Assembly (NCBI GenBank): GCA_003971905.1
Contig: RSEE01000085.1
Coordinates: forward strand, 186,001 to 250,000
Reading direction: 5' to 3'
DNA: 64,000 nt
Source of the DNA: Moniliella sp. 'wahieum'
Taxonomy: Eukaryota
Positions 63,801-64,000 of this stretch are shown in pieces; within the stretch, counting starts at the first letter, position 1, and each line of letters starts with the position of its first letter. The notes under the pieces are model-generated. The model had not been told where the DNA came from and did no database searches. It was given only the letters and a program-made list of their open reading frames with translations. Both the position numbers and the translations under genes were made by a program.

Positions 63801-64000
63801 GGTTGCGGTCGTCGACGATGGAGGCGCTTGAGTTGATGGGGCGTAGAACCCAGAAAAATTTTGGTGGCGCCGCAATGGAGGAATTGCATATCAAAAAGAA
63901 ATAAAAAATTAAATCACTGGCAGGTTGCACCGACGTCATCAATCAACCAAGTCACCTCGATAATTGCCCAGGGCCATTGTGGCCATTGTGCGTAGTCGGT

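Noticed and set aside
204..63889. Numerous long antisense or alternative-frame ORFs in the ORF track
   Set aside because: Expected shadows of GC-rich coding sequence; low-complexity Arg/Pro/Gly translations without motifs.

Overview
Eukaryotic, GC-rich fungal genomic DNA, most likely an intron-poor basidiomycete (inferred from GT-AG introns with CTRAY branch points, an MP88-like gene and intron-containing tRNAs). Most longer genes carry several apparent 1-bp indels, even essential ones, so I treat the frameshifts as long-read assembly error and many gene ends are approximate. Recognised genes: GH63-like glycosidase, Bem1/Scd2-like scaffold, GH88 hydrolase with a GPI-like tail, Ecl1-family protein, MP88-like secreted protein, cytosine deaminase, cytochrome-b5-like haem/steroid-binding protein, Gin4/Hsl1-type kinase, SKP1, sulfite reductase beta subunit (MET5), a Nudix hydrolase, ATP synthase subunit g, MGM1, proteasome beta-6, BUD31 and a Nug1/GNL3 GTPase. 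There are also two tRNAs (Arg-ACG, Ile-TAT) and two orphan ORF regions. Two signals stand out. (1) Non-coding DNA is full of short arrays with one grammar: T-N-A alternating with a self-complementary spacer, with 13 different palindromic tetramers seen. (2) A stand-alone gene encodes only the Chd1 DNA-binding and C-terminal domains behind an RS-repeat tail, with no chromodomains or ATPase. All family assignments come from motif recognition by eye; no database search was run.
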